Positions 9,101 through 18,156 of a stretch of DNA of 64,000 bases are shown one piece after another. The notes beneath the pieces are model-generated. The model was not told the origin of the DNA, searched no databases, and saw nothing but the letters and a program-made list of their open reading frames with translations. Within the stretch, counting starts at the first letter, position 1. Every line of letters begins with the position of its first letter. This DNA is from Gemmatimonadota bacterium (GTDB lineage Bacteria; Gemmatimonadota; Gemmatimonadetes; Palauibacterales; Palauibacteraceae), in contig JBDHAD010000006.1 in NCBI GenBank assembly GCA_039588215.1, positions 3,864-67,863 on the forward strand, written 5' to 3'. The translations under genes and the position numbers were made by a program.

Positions 9101-9766
9101 ATGGCACTCGGAGTCCACTGGGAATGGAGAGGTTTCGGTCAGGGGTCGGAGAGGCTGCTGGAGGCTATCGGTGGCCTCGAAGACCTCTTCCCGCTCCAGG
9201 ACGTCGTCGACCGGTACCTCTGGATTCCGCGACTCACCGTCAACGTCAAGTTGAGATCGGGGGTCCAGGACGGGCTCAAGTTCAAGCGTCTCCTGGCGAG
9301 AGCCCGCGAGCTGGAGCTTTGGCACGAAGACCCTGACGAGCTATACGACTTCCCGCTCGACTCGACGGCCTGGGAGCGCCTGGCGTCGGAGCTGCGGAAG
9401 GTCGGCCTGACCCTTAGCGGCGGTCCCGGGCAACCGACCGATCTGTCCGCGACCCTGGACCATCTCAGGACCCTGGACGAGCGGATCGCGGTCGTCGAGG
9501 TCCACAAGACGCGTCAGGCGTGGCTGTGGCCCGGACCGCCGGGCACCGTAAAGGTGGAGGTGGCGACGATCACCTCGCCGGAGGACGTCCTCTCGATCGG
9601 GCTCGAGAATTGGGGCGACGAGGAGGAGCCCGAGGAGGCGAGTGCGGGACAGGCGGCGTTGTCGGCCGCGATCCTCGAGCTGGATTTAGGGGCCGAAACC
9701 CTCCGGCTGCTCAGCTACCTGGACGCGACCGAGATCTGGGCGCGGGGGCAAAGCGTCCTGCGCTAA
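9101..9766 (+). CDS. Hypothetical protein, possibly CYTH-like (triphosphate tunnel) fold
   Basis: 221-aa ORF. The alternating charged beta-strand pattern resembles CYTH domains: HWEWRGF near the N-terminus (degenerate ExExK), DRYLWIP...VNVKLRSG...LKFKRL, VEVHKTRQAW, VKVEVATI, IGLENWGDEEE. Assignment is by eye only. Confidence 0.35.
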   Translation: MALGVHWEWRGFGQGSERLLEAIGGLEDLFPLQDVVDRYLWIPRLTVNVKLRSGVQDGLKFKRLLARARELELWHEDPDELYDFPLDSTAWERLASELRKVGLTLSGGPGQPTDLSATLDHLRTLDERIAVVEVHKTRQAWLWPGPPGTVKVEVATITSPEDVLSIGLENWGDEEEPEEASAGQAALSAAILELDLGAETLRLLSYLDATEIWARGQSVLR

Positions 9767-10026
9767 GCAGGGACCGTCCCACCTCCCCGCTCACGTGCAC
9801 GGGGCCTCCAAAGCACACTTTTTTGTCCCCGCGGCTCCGCGAACAGGAGCATGTCTTGGATGGGGATAACCTTTCAAACGCAGTACTAGCAGTCGTTTAC
9901 AATCACGTCGACGCGCGAGGTCCGTCTCTTGCCCACTTGACGCACGCTTGATTCCGCTGGCCGACCTTTCGAGCGGGTTCACTCCTCGTCTCACCGAGGG
10001 GGTCTCGCCGCTCAAAGGAGGTTCAA

Positions 10027-10848
10027 ATGTCCAGCACTCGACGGTGCGTCCTCCCATTGCTCCCGGCGCTTCTCTTGGCGGGTGGCGCATCCCGTGCGGC
10101 CTCCCAGACCACTGACGCGGCCCCGTGGAGGTTCGCGGTCGGAGAGTCGCTCGAGTACGTGGTTGGACTGGGACCGATCAAGGCGGGCCGCGGGCTACTG
10201 GCCGTGGAGGCCTACGAGAGCTATCGGGGCGTACCGGCCTACCGCGTCTCGCTCACGATCGAAGCCAGCGTGCCCTTTGTGCAGTTCAAGGATCACATGA
10301 CGAGCTGGATCGCCACCGACCCGGTTCGATCGCTTGGGATTGAGAAGGCGATCCACGAAGGCGGCACACGCTTTCGGCGTCGGTACGAGCTCGACTACGA
10401 GCGGGGCGCCTATCGTGGAGAGGAGTGGGACGATCGGAGCGCCTCGTACGTTCCCATGATTGGCTCGCCGGGATCGGCGGCGATTCCGAATCCGGCCCTG
10501 GACGAGGTAGCCTTCCTCTACTTGCTGCGGCTCCTGGCCCTCGAGCCCGGCGCTCGGTACGAGTTCGGCTCGCACTTCCAGCCGGCCGGGAACCCGGTCG
10601 TATTCCGGGTGCTCGGCAAGGAGAAGGTCCGCGTACCCGCCGGTCGGTTCAACACCATCGTGGTGGATCCGGTGGTGCCGGCTATGGGGATCCTCAAACG
10701 GGACGCCGGCGCCAGGGTCTACGTGAGCGACGATGCCAGACGGATCATCGTGAAGCTGACGACCTCGACCAGGTTCGGGACGATCGCGCTGCACCTGCGG
10801 GAGTACACCGAGGGGACAGGCGCGGTGGTCAACGCTTCGAGGCCGTGA
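10027..10848 (+). CDS. DUF3108 domain-containing secreted protein
   Basis: ATG 10027 is preceded by AAAGGAGG, and a signal peptide LLPALLLAGGASRAAS follows. DUF3108-like pattern: FAVGESLEYVVGLGPIKAGRGLLAVE..., ...FLYLLRLL..., GRFNTIVVDP..., VYVSDDARRIIVKL. Confidence 0.7.
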   Translation: MSSTRRCVLPLLPALLLAGGASRAASQTTDAAPWRFAVGESLEYVVGLGPIKAGRGLLAVEAYESYRGVPAYRVSLTIEASVPFVQFKDHMTSWIATDPVRSLGIEKAIHEGGTRFRRRYELDYERGAYRGEEWDDRSASYVPMIGSPGSAAIPNPALDEVAFLYLLRLLALEPGARYEFGSHFQPAGNPVVFRVLGKEKVRVPAGRFNTIVVDPVVPAMGILKRDAGARVYVSDDARRIIVKLTTSTRFGTIALHLREYTEGTGAVVNASRP

Positions 10849-10890
10849 CCACACACCCGTGACCAGACGCCGGTATCCAGGCACCTGCAA

Positions 10891-11610
10891 TCAGGCACCC
10901 GTGATCAGGTACCAGTCAACCGCCACGCCGACGAGCCAGTGGACCAGGGCTACGTACCAGATGGAGCCTAGCCGGAGGCTGGCCCAACCCATGATGAGCC
11001 CACCCGGGATGGCGGAGAACGTCTCGGTCATGGGCCGCCCGAAGTGCGCCAGCACCGAGAGGGCGGTCTGAAGAACGTTCGCGAACCCCTCGCCCAACCG
11101 ATCCTTGAGTCCGAACAGCAGAACGCCTCTGAAGAGCACCTCCCACGCGCCGTAGTAGAGAAACATGAGCCCGGCGTACGGCAGGAACGTCTCACGGGTC
11201 ACCGTCGGTTCGAGCGGATACACGGCGCGCATCGCGGCCGATCCGGCGCCCACCTTCCCGGCCAGGAGGGCCAGCGGTATGCCGATGACGAGCACCGCGA
11301 GACCGACACGCCACCTCCCCAGCCCGAGGCCGAGCTGGACGAGCGTCCGACCCGAGACGGCTCGTGCCACCGCCACCGGGAGGAGTCCCAACAAAACGGC
11401 CGAGATCAGGTAGTGAAGTCCGGTCGGCAGGGGCCGCCGGGTCACGATGGTCCAGCCTCGCTGCGGCGAGAACGTGCCGATGCTGTCTGCTCTTCCCATG
11501 TAATAGAAGAGGAACAGGAGCACCACGGCCGTCAGCGTAATCAGCTCGGCTTGGTGTCTCGAGACGAGATCTCGAGCTGCCGGGAATCGGTATCGGGCGC
11601 GGGCAATCAT
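10891..11610 (-). CDS. CPBP family intramembrane glutamic endopeptidase (CAAX protease-like)
   Basis: Multi-TM ORF carrying the CPBP motifs WEVLFRGVLLFG, LSVLAHFG and ALVHWLVGVAVD. The track start at 11628 is TTG. I chose ATG 11608-11610, which has GGAGGA 5-10 nt upstream. Confidence 0.75.
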   Translation of the reverse strand: MIARARYRFPAARDLVSRHQAELITLTAVVLLFLFYYMGRADSIGTFSPQRGWTIVTRRPLPTGLHYLISAVLLGLLPVAVARAVSGRTLVQLGLGLGRWRVGLAVLVIGIPLALLAGKVGAGSAAMRAVYPLEPTVTRETFLPYAGLMFLYYGAWEVLFRGVLLFGLKDRLGEGFANVLQTALSVLAHFGRPMTETFSAIPGGLIMGWASLRLGSIWYVALVHWLVGVAVDWYLITGA

Positions 11611-11674
11611 CTGATCCTCCACCGCCAAGAGACGTCGGCGGTTGTTAACACCTCGCGGCGCCCGCCGCGCGCCG

Positions 11675-12715
11675 TCAGGAGGCGCGCGGGTCGGGCGTAG
11701 CGAACCAGCTTCGAGCGTGGGTCCCGCGTCCTCCCACGAAGCCCTCTCGTCTCAGCCACGCGACGGTCTCTCCGATGCCCTGGTGCAGCGGCCGGGGATC
11801 GTAGCCGAGATCTCGACGCGCGGGCGTGATTTCGACGCGGTAGTCTTCCAGGAACGTGCGTATCCACCCGCTCGTGAGTGACACGCTTCCACCCAGACGG
11901 CCCCAAGTCTCCGCGAGACGGGCGCAGAGGAGTGCGGGCCTTGGCGGCACCGCGATCATGTGGCGATGCACGCCACTCAGCGCGTCCACCAACCCGAGCA
12001 GGCCCACGAGCGAAACGTTGCCGGGACCGCCGAGCACGTAATGGGTCCCGCGGCGAGCCCCTCGGGCCGCGAGAATGATCCCGGCGGCCACGTCCTCCGC
12101 GTGCACGTAGTTGGCGAGCACGCCACCGTCGGCCAGGCGGACGCGGAATCTCCCGTTCAGGTACATCGCGATCAGCTTCGAGACCCCGTTCGCGTCGGTC
12201 AGCGGACCCGGCCCATATACACGCGTGGGGTGCACGATTGCGGCGTGTCCTCCGCTGTCGGCGTATGACTCGACCAGCCGCTCTCCGGCGAGCTTGGTCT
12301 CCTGGTACGGGGTATGGACCCAGTCCAGGCTCGTCCCGGGCGCGCGGCCGTGGGGGGGCCGGGTCACCATCGTGGAGACATGCACGAAGCGCGACACGGA
12401 CTCGCGCTTGGCCGCGTCCAAAAGCCCCTGGACCGCCTCCACGTTCGCAGTGCGGAACTCCTCCGGATCGCGACACCAGGCGCGCGCCAGGGCCGCCAGA
12501 TGGAGCACCGTGTCGGCCCCACGCATGGCCGCCCCGACCGAGGTGGCGTCGCGGATGTCGCCTTGTACGATTTGCAGGCGGTCGCGGAGCGTAGGGTCCA
12601 GCCCGGCCGGATCGCGCACCAGAACGCGAGTGGGCTGGTCTTCCGCGATGAGCTTTCGGACCAGGTAGCGGCCGATGAATCCGGTCGCACCGGTCACGAG
12701 CGTCATGCCACCCAT
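11675..12715 (-). CDS. NAD-dependent epimerase/dehydratase family protein
   Basis: Rossmann start MGGMTLVTGATGFIGRYLVRKL, with GGAGG (reverse complement of 12721-12725) upstream of ATG 12713-12715. The track ORF's upstream extension is R/G-rich and overlaps the PAP2 gene. Confidence 0.85.
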   Translation of the reverse strand: MGGMTLVTGATGFIGRYLVRKLIAEDQPTRVLVRDPAGLDPTLRDRLQIVQGDIRDATSVGAAMRGADTVLHLAALARAWCRDPEEFRTANVEAVQGLLDAAKRESVSRFVHVSTMVTRPPHGRAPGTSLDWVHTPYQETKLAGERLVESYADSGGHAAIVHPTRVYGPGPLTDANGVSKLIAMYLNGRFRVRLADGGVLANYVHAEDVAAGIILAARGARRGTHYVLGGPGNVSLVGLLGLVDALSGVHRHMIAVPPRPALLCARLAETWGRLGGSVSLTSGWIRTFLEDYRVEITPARRDLGYDPRPLHQGIGETVAWLRREGFVGGRGTHARSWFATPDPRAS

Positions 12716-13734
12716 CGTTGCCTCCTTCCTGAGCGTCGGGCCCATAGAACCGGTATCGGGACTTGCTCTGATGACGATGTGTTGCGATCGGGCCGGGCTG
12801 CAGAGGGCCGTAGCCAACGCAGCAGCGGCGGCGCCACGAGGAGCTGGATCGCGAGGGCCCAGGTCACCCCCGCCACGGCGTCGGCCGCGTAGTGGCTCTG
12901 GGTATAGATCGTCGAGCAAACGACACCCAGCGCCTGGATCGTGAGGAGGGTCGCGAAGGGTTTCGAGAACCAGCGCCACGCCAAGAACGCGATCGTGACG
13001 GCTCCAACGACGTGTGAGCTCGGAAACGCGCAGCCCCGCGAGTCACCAGCCCCCTGAGCCGTGGTAACGAGCTGATAGAAGAACCCGCCTTGCAGCTCAC
13101 CCGAGTAAGGCTCGAGCCGAAAGTGGGGTCCGTCCACGGGAAGGGTGAGGTAGATGAGGTAGCACGACAGGTACGCGAGCATCAGCCTGAACACCATGTC
13201 ACGTACGGCCTGTGTGCGCCCCGCAAGCGCAACCGCGATGGGCGGCAGGTAGATCGTCGCGTAGTAGGCGAAGTAGGAGACGTGCATGACCTCGCTGAAC
13301 CAGACCCGCGGCATCGCGGGCATCCATTCGGCGGCGATCTGCATCCCGAACAGGCGCTGATCCAGGCCCGACACCAGGGCGTCGAATGTCCCCGTGTGGC
13401 GCAGGGGGAAGAGAAGGTCGATCTCCATCCAGAACACCGGGATCAGGAAGACGGGATAGAGCTCACGTACAGCGCGCATATACCGTGGTGGACGCTTTGG
13501 CATGCGTCGCAGGGCAAGCGGTAAGAGGCTCGCGGTCCCGTGCGCTACCGCGGCCCAGACCGCGTAGTCTGCGATCGGCCAGCACCCGAGCCAGATCAGT
13601 CCGAGCAAGGTGTTGTAGACGACGACGACGCGATCCACGGGCAGCACCTGGCCGGCGGCGGACGCGTGGGATGCCGCGGGGGCGGTCGACGAGAAAGCCA
13701 GCCGGGCGACCCCGGTCTGACTGTTCACAGCCAT
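12703..13734 (-). CDS. PAP2 superfamily membrane protein (PAP2_3/AUR1-like motif pattern)
   Basis: Polytopic membrane ORF with FPSSH (C2 motif) and STIYTQSHYAADAVAG (C3 as S-T-x5-H-x3-D). I saw no clear KxxxxxxRP C1 motif. ATG 13732-13734 overlaps the upstream epimerase stop at 13725-13727, and the 3' end overlaps the next start by 13 nt. Confidence 0.7.
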   Translation of the reverse strand: MAVNSQTGVARLAFSSTAPAASHASAAGQVLPVDRVVVVYNTLLGLIWLGCWPIADYAVWAAVAHGTASLLPLALRRMPKRPPRYMRAVRELYPVFLIPVFWMEIDLLFPLRHTGTFDALVSGLDQRLFGMQIAAEWMPAMPRVWFSEVMHVSYFAYYATIYLPPIAVALAGRTQAVRDMVFRLMLAYLSCYLIYLTLPVDGPHFRLEPYSGELQGGFFYQLVTTAQGAGDSRGCAFPSSHVVGAVTIAFLAWRWFSKPFATLLTIQALGVVCSTIYTQSHYAADAVAGVTWALAIQLLVAPPLLRWLRPSAARPDRNTSSSEQVPIPVLWARRSGRRQRWVA

Positions 13735-14705
13735 CCCATCCCCCGGTACCAGCGCGCGGTCTCGGGAATCCCACGCTCGAGCGGAAACACGGGTCGGAAG
13801 CCAGCCTCCCTGATCGCTCGCGACGGATCGCACACCCACCGCAGCGCACACAGCTCGCGGATGCGGTCCCGGTTCAGGATCGCCGCCTGCTTCCTGAGTC
13901 TGGCGATCCCCTCCGCGGTCACGGCGATCGTTCGAGCGACAAACGCCGGGATGCTGATGAGGACCGGATGCGTACCCATCGTATTGGCCGCGGTCAGCGC
14001 GAAACCACGCCAGGTCACGGTTTCGGGGTGAGCAAGCACGTACGTCCGACCGACGGCCGCCTCGGCGGTGGCGGCCGCGATCAGCCCCTGCACCGCATCC
14101 TGTACGAAGAGCATGCTCACTTCACGATCCCAATCGCCCACCGTCAGCGCGGCGCCGTGGCGAATGAGCCGAAACACCTTTAGCACCGCCCTCTCACGCG
14201 GACCGTAGACCGAGGGGAAGCGCACGATGGTCGCAGGGACGGATTCCGCGTGGGCGTGGACGACCGCCTCGGCCAGCAGCTTCGAGTTGCCGTAGTGAGA
14301 CAGGGGGAACGGAATCGTGACGGGGTCGAGATTGTCCCCGTTCCTGCACGGGCCCGAGGCCGCGATCGATGAAACGTACACGAGCCGCGGTGCGGATCCA
14401 TTGTGCCGCTCGCAGGCCTCGAGCACGTGAGCCGTTCCCTCCGTGTTGACGCGATAGAGATCGGCCGCCGATGCGGCTTCGGTGAGGGCGGCCAGATGAA
14501 AGACGACATCCGCTCCGGCGAAGACGCGCCCGATCGAGACGGGGTCGTCCAACCCAATCGGCTGCCAGTTGACCGGCAGCCCTTCGACCCAGCCGCGCGG
14601 GGCTCCGGTTCGTTCCACGCAGGTGACTTGGTCACCTCGTGCCAGTAGCGCCTCGACGAGGTGACTTCCGATGAAACCGGCTCCGCCGGTGACGACCGCA
14701 CGCAT
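13725..14705 (-). CDS. NAD-dependent epimerase/dehydratase family protein
   Basis: MRAVVTGGAGFIGSHLVEALLARG Rossmann start at ATG 14703-14705 with GGAAGG upstream. An SDR-type YGNSK motif is present (SHYGNSKLLAE). Confidence 0.85.
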   Translation of the reverse strand: MRAVVTGGAGFIGSHLVEALLARGDQVTCVERTGAPRGWVEGLPVNWQPIGLDDPVSIGRVFAGADVVFHLAALTEAASAADLYRVNTEGTAHVLEACERHNGSAPRLVYVSSIAASGPCRNGDNLDPVTIPFPLSHYGNSKLLAEAVVHAHAESVPATIVRFPSVYGPRERAVLKVFRLIRHGAALTVGDWDREVSMLFVQDAVQGLIAAATAEAAVGRTYVLAHPETVTWRGFALTAANTMGTHPVLISIPAFVARTIAVTAEGIARLRKQAAILNRDRIRELCALRWVCDPSRAIREAGFRPVFPLERGIPETARWYRGMGWL

Positions 14706-14820
14706 GGTGACCTTCCCGTTCGAGTACACCGAGCACCAGCCGCCCCCGGTTAGGCCGGGAGCCACCCGTGACACGGTCGAGAGGTCTGGCGACCTCGTGG
14801 GAGAAGGACTAGCGGAGCAG

Positions 14821-14838
14821 GGTCAAGAGCCGGTCAAG
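14821..14838. repeat. Direct repeat GGTCAAG x2 with 11-bp phasing in a divergent intergenic region
   Basis: GGTCAAG occurs at 14821-14827 and again at 14832-14838 (ggtcaagagccggtcaag). The repeat lies between the epimerase operon start (14705, minus strand) and the small secreted-protein gene (14978, plus strand). Confidence 0.6.
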
Positions 14839-14977
14839 CGATGGTGGTGAAACAGCTGGCGGCGGGTCGGACTGGGGGGCGGTGCCTGAACGAGTCCTCT
14901 ACCCGAGAGGGCGGCACGTTCCTAGGTTCTGGGTCCGCTGCCTACAGGGAAGGGCCTTTCCGACGGAGGTGAACCAC

Positions 14978-15397
14978 ATGAGAATCGGAATCCTGGCCAT
15001 CAGTGCGCCGCTCGCTCTTGTACTGGTCGCCGCGTCCATGGCCGGACCCGAGCGGGCACCGGCCGATGCGCAACAGGCGGTCGACACGGTGGTCGTCAAC
15101 ATTCGACTGGGACCCGGTGGTGACCCCATTGCAGTCCCCGATCCGGTCCGCGTCGACACGGGTCAGGTCGTGGTGTGGGAGAGCAATCTCCCGGCCTGGG
15201 AGGTGAAGATCCCCTCGCTGGACGAGCCGATCGGGCCTGGGGGACGCACCGGCATTCGGGGCCGACCCGGGGACCGCCAGGGCGGTCGAATCCGCACGAA
15301 CGCGAGACAGGACATCAACTACAAGTACTCGATCTCGGTCTTTACGGGGAACCAAGTTCGAACCAAGGATCCGGAGATCGACGTCGGACCCGGTTGA
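14978..15397 (+). CDS. Hypothetical small secreted protein
   Basis: ATG 14978 is preceded by GGAGGTG at 14965-14971. Signal-like N-terminus MRIGILAISAPLALVLVAASMAG. I recognised no family. Confidence 0.45.
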   Translation: MRIGILAISAPLALVLVAASMAGPERAPADAQQAVDTVVVNIRLGPGGDPIAVPDPVRVDTGQVVVWESNLPAWEVKIPSLDEPIGPGGRTGIRGRPGDRQGGRIRTNARQDINYKYSISVFTGNQVRTKDPEIDVGPG

Positions 15398-15413
15398 TTC
15401 GGGGCGAGCTTCC

Positions 15414-15445
15414 GCACCGGGCGCGCTGACGCCCGCGCCCGGTGC
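15414..15445. terminator. Perfect 12-bp-stem hairpin between convergent genes (candidate bidirectional terminator)
   Basis: gcaccgggcgcg (15414-15425), loop ctgacgcc, cgcgcccggtgc (15434-15445). It sits 17 nt after the plus-strand stop (15395-15397) and 14 nt after the minus-strand stop (15459-15461). No U-tract follows. Confidence 0.35.
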
Positions 15446-15458
15446 GCCTCGCTCCCAG

Positions 15459-17969
15459 TCAGTTCGAGGGCTCGGTCAGCCGCATGAAGACGGAATCCTC
15501 GCGTAGGCTCTCCCACCACCAGTCGTTCGCGATGTACGATTTTCGGTCTGGGATCGCCTCCAGGAACCTTCCGAGCAAGGCCAGAGCCTCCTCGCGCGCA
15601 CCGATACGGAGTCGAGCGTTAGCCTCGTAATAGTCGGTCCAGGGGTTGGTCGACGTGGTCTCGCGAGCGCGTCGAATGACGGCCCGCGCGCTGTCCACGA
15701 GCCCGTTCTGGGCCAGCACCGCCGCTACCTGTAGCTCGCCGTTTGGCCAGCTGGCGATCGAGAACGCTTCCAGAATCCCCGAGAGCAGGGTCCACGCAGT
15801 GTCCGTGGCGGCTTCCGCTCCCGTGCCGCCTGCCAGGATGACCAGCTTGGCGGCCAGAAACGCGACCTCGGCCGGGTAGCGCCGGCGCCCCTCATCCGTC
15901 CATCGTGCGGCGCGTTCCACCTCGGCCAGATCCAGCCACACCTGGGAGAGCGCGAAGAGGATCTCCTTCTCCGCATGAATCAGGAACGGATCTGCCTCGA
16001 GCGCGCGCTGGGCGGCGATCGACGCTTCGGTGAAGTCGCCCGCGGTTCGTTGCAGTTGGGCGAGCGCCACCCAGGCGCGCGCCCTGGTCGGGTCACCGGC
16101 TACGGCTGCCCGGAGGTCCTCATCCGCACCCCGTCGCAAGTCAGGCACCTCGGTAGAGTCCGCGATCCAGGTCAGATCGTTGCGCAGGCTTCCTCGCAAC
16201 TCGAGTGCAGGCGAGTAGCTTGGCTCGATTGCGAGGGCTCGCTCCGCGTGAGCGATACCGGACTCGAGGATGTTCCTATCATACCCACTTCGGGATGTCG
16301 CACCGAGTCTCGCTCGCGTTGACGCGATCCAACCTCTTTGCACGATCGGTTCCCGCCAATCCGGATCGAAGGACTCTGCCTCCTGGTGAAGTCGATCGGC
16401 TTCCTCGAGCGCCCTTTCGGCCCCTTCCGTATCTCCCAGGCTCCAGCGCAACGTGTCCGCGTTCTCCCGCATCCGCTCAGCCTGTTGGAAGCGACTCCAC
16501 GCCTCGTCGCTGCGCGTCCCCGCCCGAGTCTCGCGAACCTGCAACTCTCGGCCCAAGTGCTGCCCCAGCAGACGCCCCGCCTCGGCGACAATGTCGTCAC
16601 GGAGGAGAAGGGGGTCCTCACCACTGCGTTCGAAGCGCTGGCTGAACAGGCTCTCACCCGAGTTGCCATCCACCAGTTCCATCGTGGCCGTCAAGCGGTC
16701 ACCCGAACGCTCGATGCTCCCGCCGACCAGGCTTCCGACATTCAATAGCCGCGCGAGACTGTCGAGTGGTATGTCCAGGACCCGGTATGGCTTCACACCG
16801 TTTCGCGAGATGACGCTGAGTGGCTCGACCTGAGTGAGTTCATGGATCAGTGATTCCGTGATCCCTGACGTCAGGTACGCGAGCTCTCCTCCGGGGCTGA
16901 AGTCGTCGAAGTACAGGACCGCCACGTGGGACGCATCCAGCTCGGGGGGGCCGCTGTCAGGAGTTCCGGGTAATCCTCCGCTGCGCACCAGCCAGATGAT
17001 CATGGCTGCCAGGACCCCCGAGGCACCGAGCGCGACCAATAACCAGCGGGCGCGACGTCTCCCCGTGGGTACCGGGACACCGGCCGCGACGGGAGTCGAC
17101 CCGGGCAGCATCGACGTCGCGGTCAGCGGCGTCTGGTAGTCCATTCCCTCCAGAGCCTTCACGAAGTCGGTGATCGTGTCGAATCGATCGGCCGGTACTT
17201 TCGCGAGCGCTCGCGTTACGGCATGCACCATCGGCTGCGAAACGGTCGGTCGCGCAGTCGAAATCGAGGGGATCGGGTCGACGGAGTGGCGGACCATCAC
17301 CACCTGTGGGGGCCCGGTGAACGGCGGCTCCCCCACGAGCATCTCGTAGAGAACGCACCCGAGACTGTACTGGTCGGCCCGGGCATCGAGGTGACCCGAG
17401 CCGGTCGCCTGTTCAGGACCCATGTACGCGGGTGTGCCTACGGCCAGGCCCGTCTCGGTCAACTTCGCGCCACCCGCCGCATCGAGGGCTCGCGCGATCC
17501 CGAAGTCGGTCACCACGGCACCGCCCTGTGGGAGGAGGATGTTCTCCGGCTTGATGTCCCGGTGGATGACGCCCTGCTCGTGCGCATAGGCGAGGGCATC
17601 CCCCACCTGACGGGAGATCTGTACCGCGTCCGCGATCGGCAGCTGCTGTTCACGACTCAGTCGATCGCGGAGCGATTCACCTTCCACGTACGGCATGACG
17701 TAGTAAAGGAACCCCTCCCGCTCACCCGAATCGTGGAGGGGAAGGATGCGCGGGTGCGTAAGACGTGCCGCGATCTCGATCTCACGCAGGAAGCGCTCGG
17801 GGCCCAGACTGGAGACGAGCTCGGGGCGGAGAATCTTGATCGCGACGTCGCGACCGTGCTTAAGGTCCGTCGCCAGGTACACGATGGCGTGACCGCCGTG
17901 ACCGATCTCTCGATCGATCGCGTACGAATCAGCGAGCGCAGCCCGGAGGTGATCCAGTTCGACCGACAT
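15459..17969 (-). CDS. Serine/threonine protein kinase with TM segment, TolB-N-like periplasmic module and TPR domain
   Basis: Hanks kinase motifs: GHGGHAIVYLATDLKHGRDVAIKIL, VIHRDIKPENIL, DFGIA, GTPAYMGPEQ. A TM segment follows (WLLVALGASGVLAAMIIWLV), then VAVLYFDDFSPGGELAYLTSGITESLIHELT and TPR-like repeats. Start at ATG 17967-17969 (MSVELDHLRAAL). Confidence 0.9.
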   Translation of the reverse strand: MSVELDHLRAALADSYAIDREIGHGGHAIVYLATDLKHGRDVAIKILRPELVSSLGPERFLREIEIAARLTHPRILPLHDSGEREGFLYYVMPYVEGESLRDRLSREQQLPIADAVQISRQVGDALAYAHEQGVIHRDIKPENILLPQGGAVVTDFGIARALDAAGGAKLTETGLAVGTPAYMGPEQATGSGHLDARADQYSLGCVLYEMLVGEPPFTGPPQVVMVRHSVDPIPSISTARPTVSQPMVHAVTRALAKVPADRFDTITDFVKALEGMDYQTPLTATSMLPGSTPVAAGVPVPTGRRRARWLLVALGASGVLAAMIIWLVRSGGLPGTPDSGPPELDASHVAVLYFDDFSPGGELAYLTSGITESLIHELTQVEPLSVISRNGVKPYRVLDIPLDSLARLLNVGSLVGGSIERSGDRLTATMELVDGNSGESLFSQRFERSGEDPLLLRDDIVAEAGRLLGQHLGRELQVRETRAGTRSDEAWSRFQQAERMRENADTLRWSLGDTEGAERALEEADRLHQEAESFDPDWREPIVQRGWIASTRARLGATSRSGYDRNILESGIAHAERALAIEPSYSPALELRGSLRNDLTWIADSTEVPDLRRGADEDLRAAVAGDPTRARAWVALAQLQRTAGDFTEASIAAQRALEADPFLIHAEKEILFALSQVWLDLAEVERAARWTDEGRRRYPAEVAFLAAKLVILAGGTGAEAATDTAWTLLSGILEAFSIASWPNGELQVAAVLAQNGLVDSARAVIRRARETTSTNPWTDYYEANARLRIGAREEALALLGRFLEAIPDRKSYIANDWWWESLREDSVFMRLTEPSN

Positions 17970-18156
17970 GCTGCCGCGAGTGACGGGTAGACGGAGACGA
18001 GTCGGGAAAGTGGTCCAGACGGGCGGAGCAGGGCAAGCTGCGACCCGCCGTATCGGCGTGCGATTTCCGGGCTGCGCGTGCATACTGGCCGGGAATCCCG
18101 AGCCCTTGTTTTCAATCGACCGGGGCCGGGGCCCGCATCCCAAACCGGGAGATCAC

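Noticed and set aside
9960-10000. gagcgggttcactcctcg, a T-loop-like sequence in the 260-bp spacer before the DUF3108 gene
   Set aside because: The candidate stems do not pair (gcggg against ctcgt) and no cloverleaf can be drawn.
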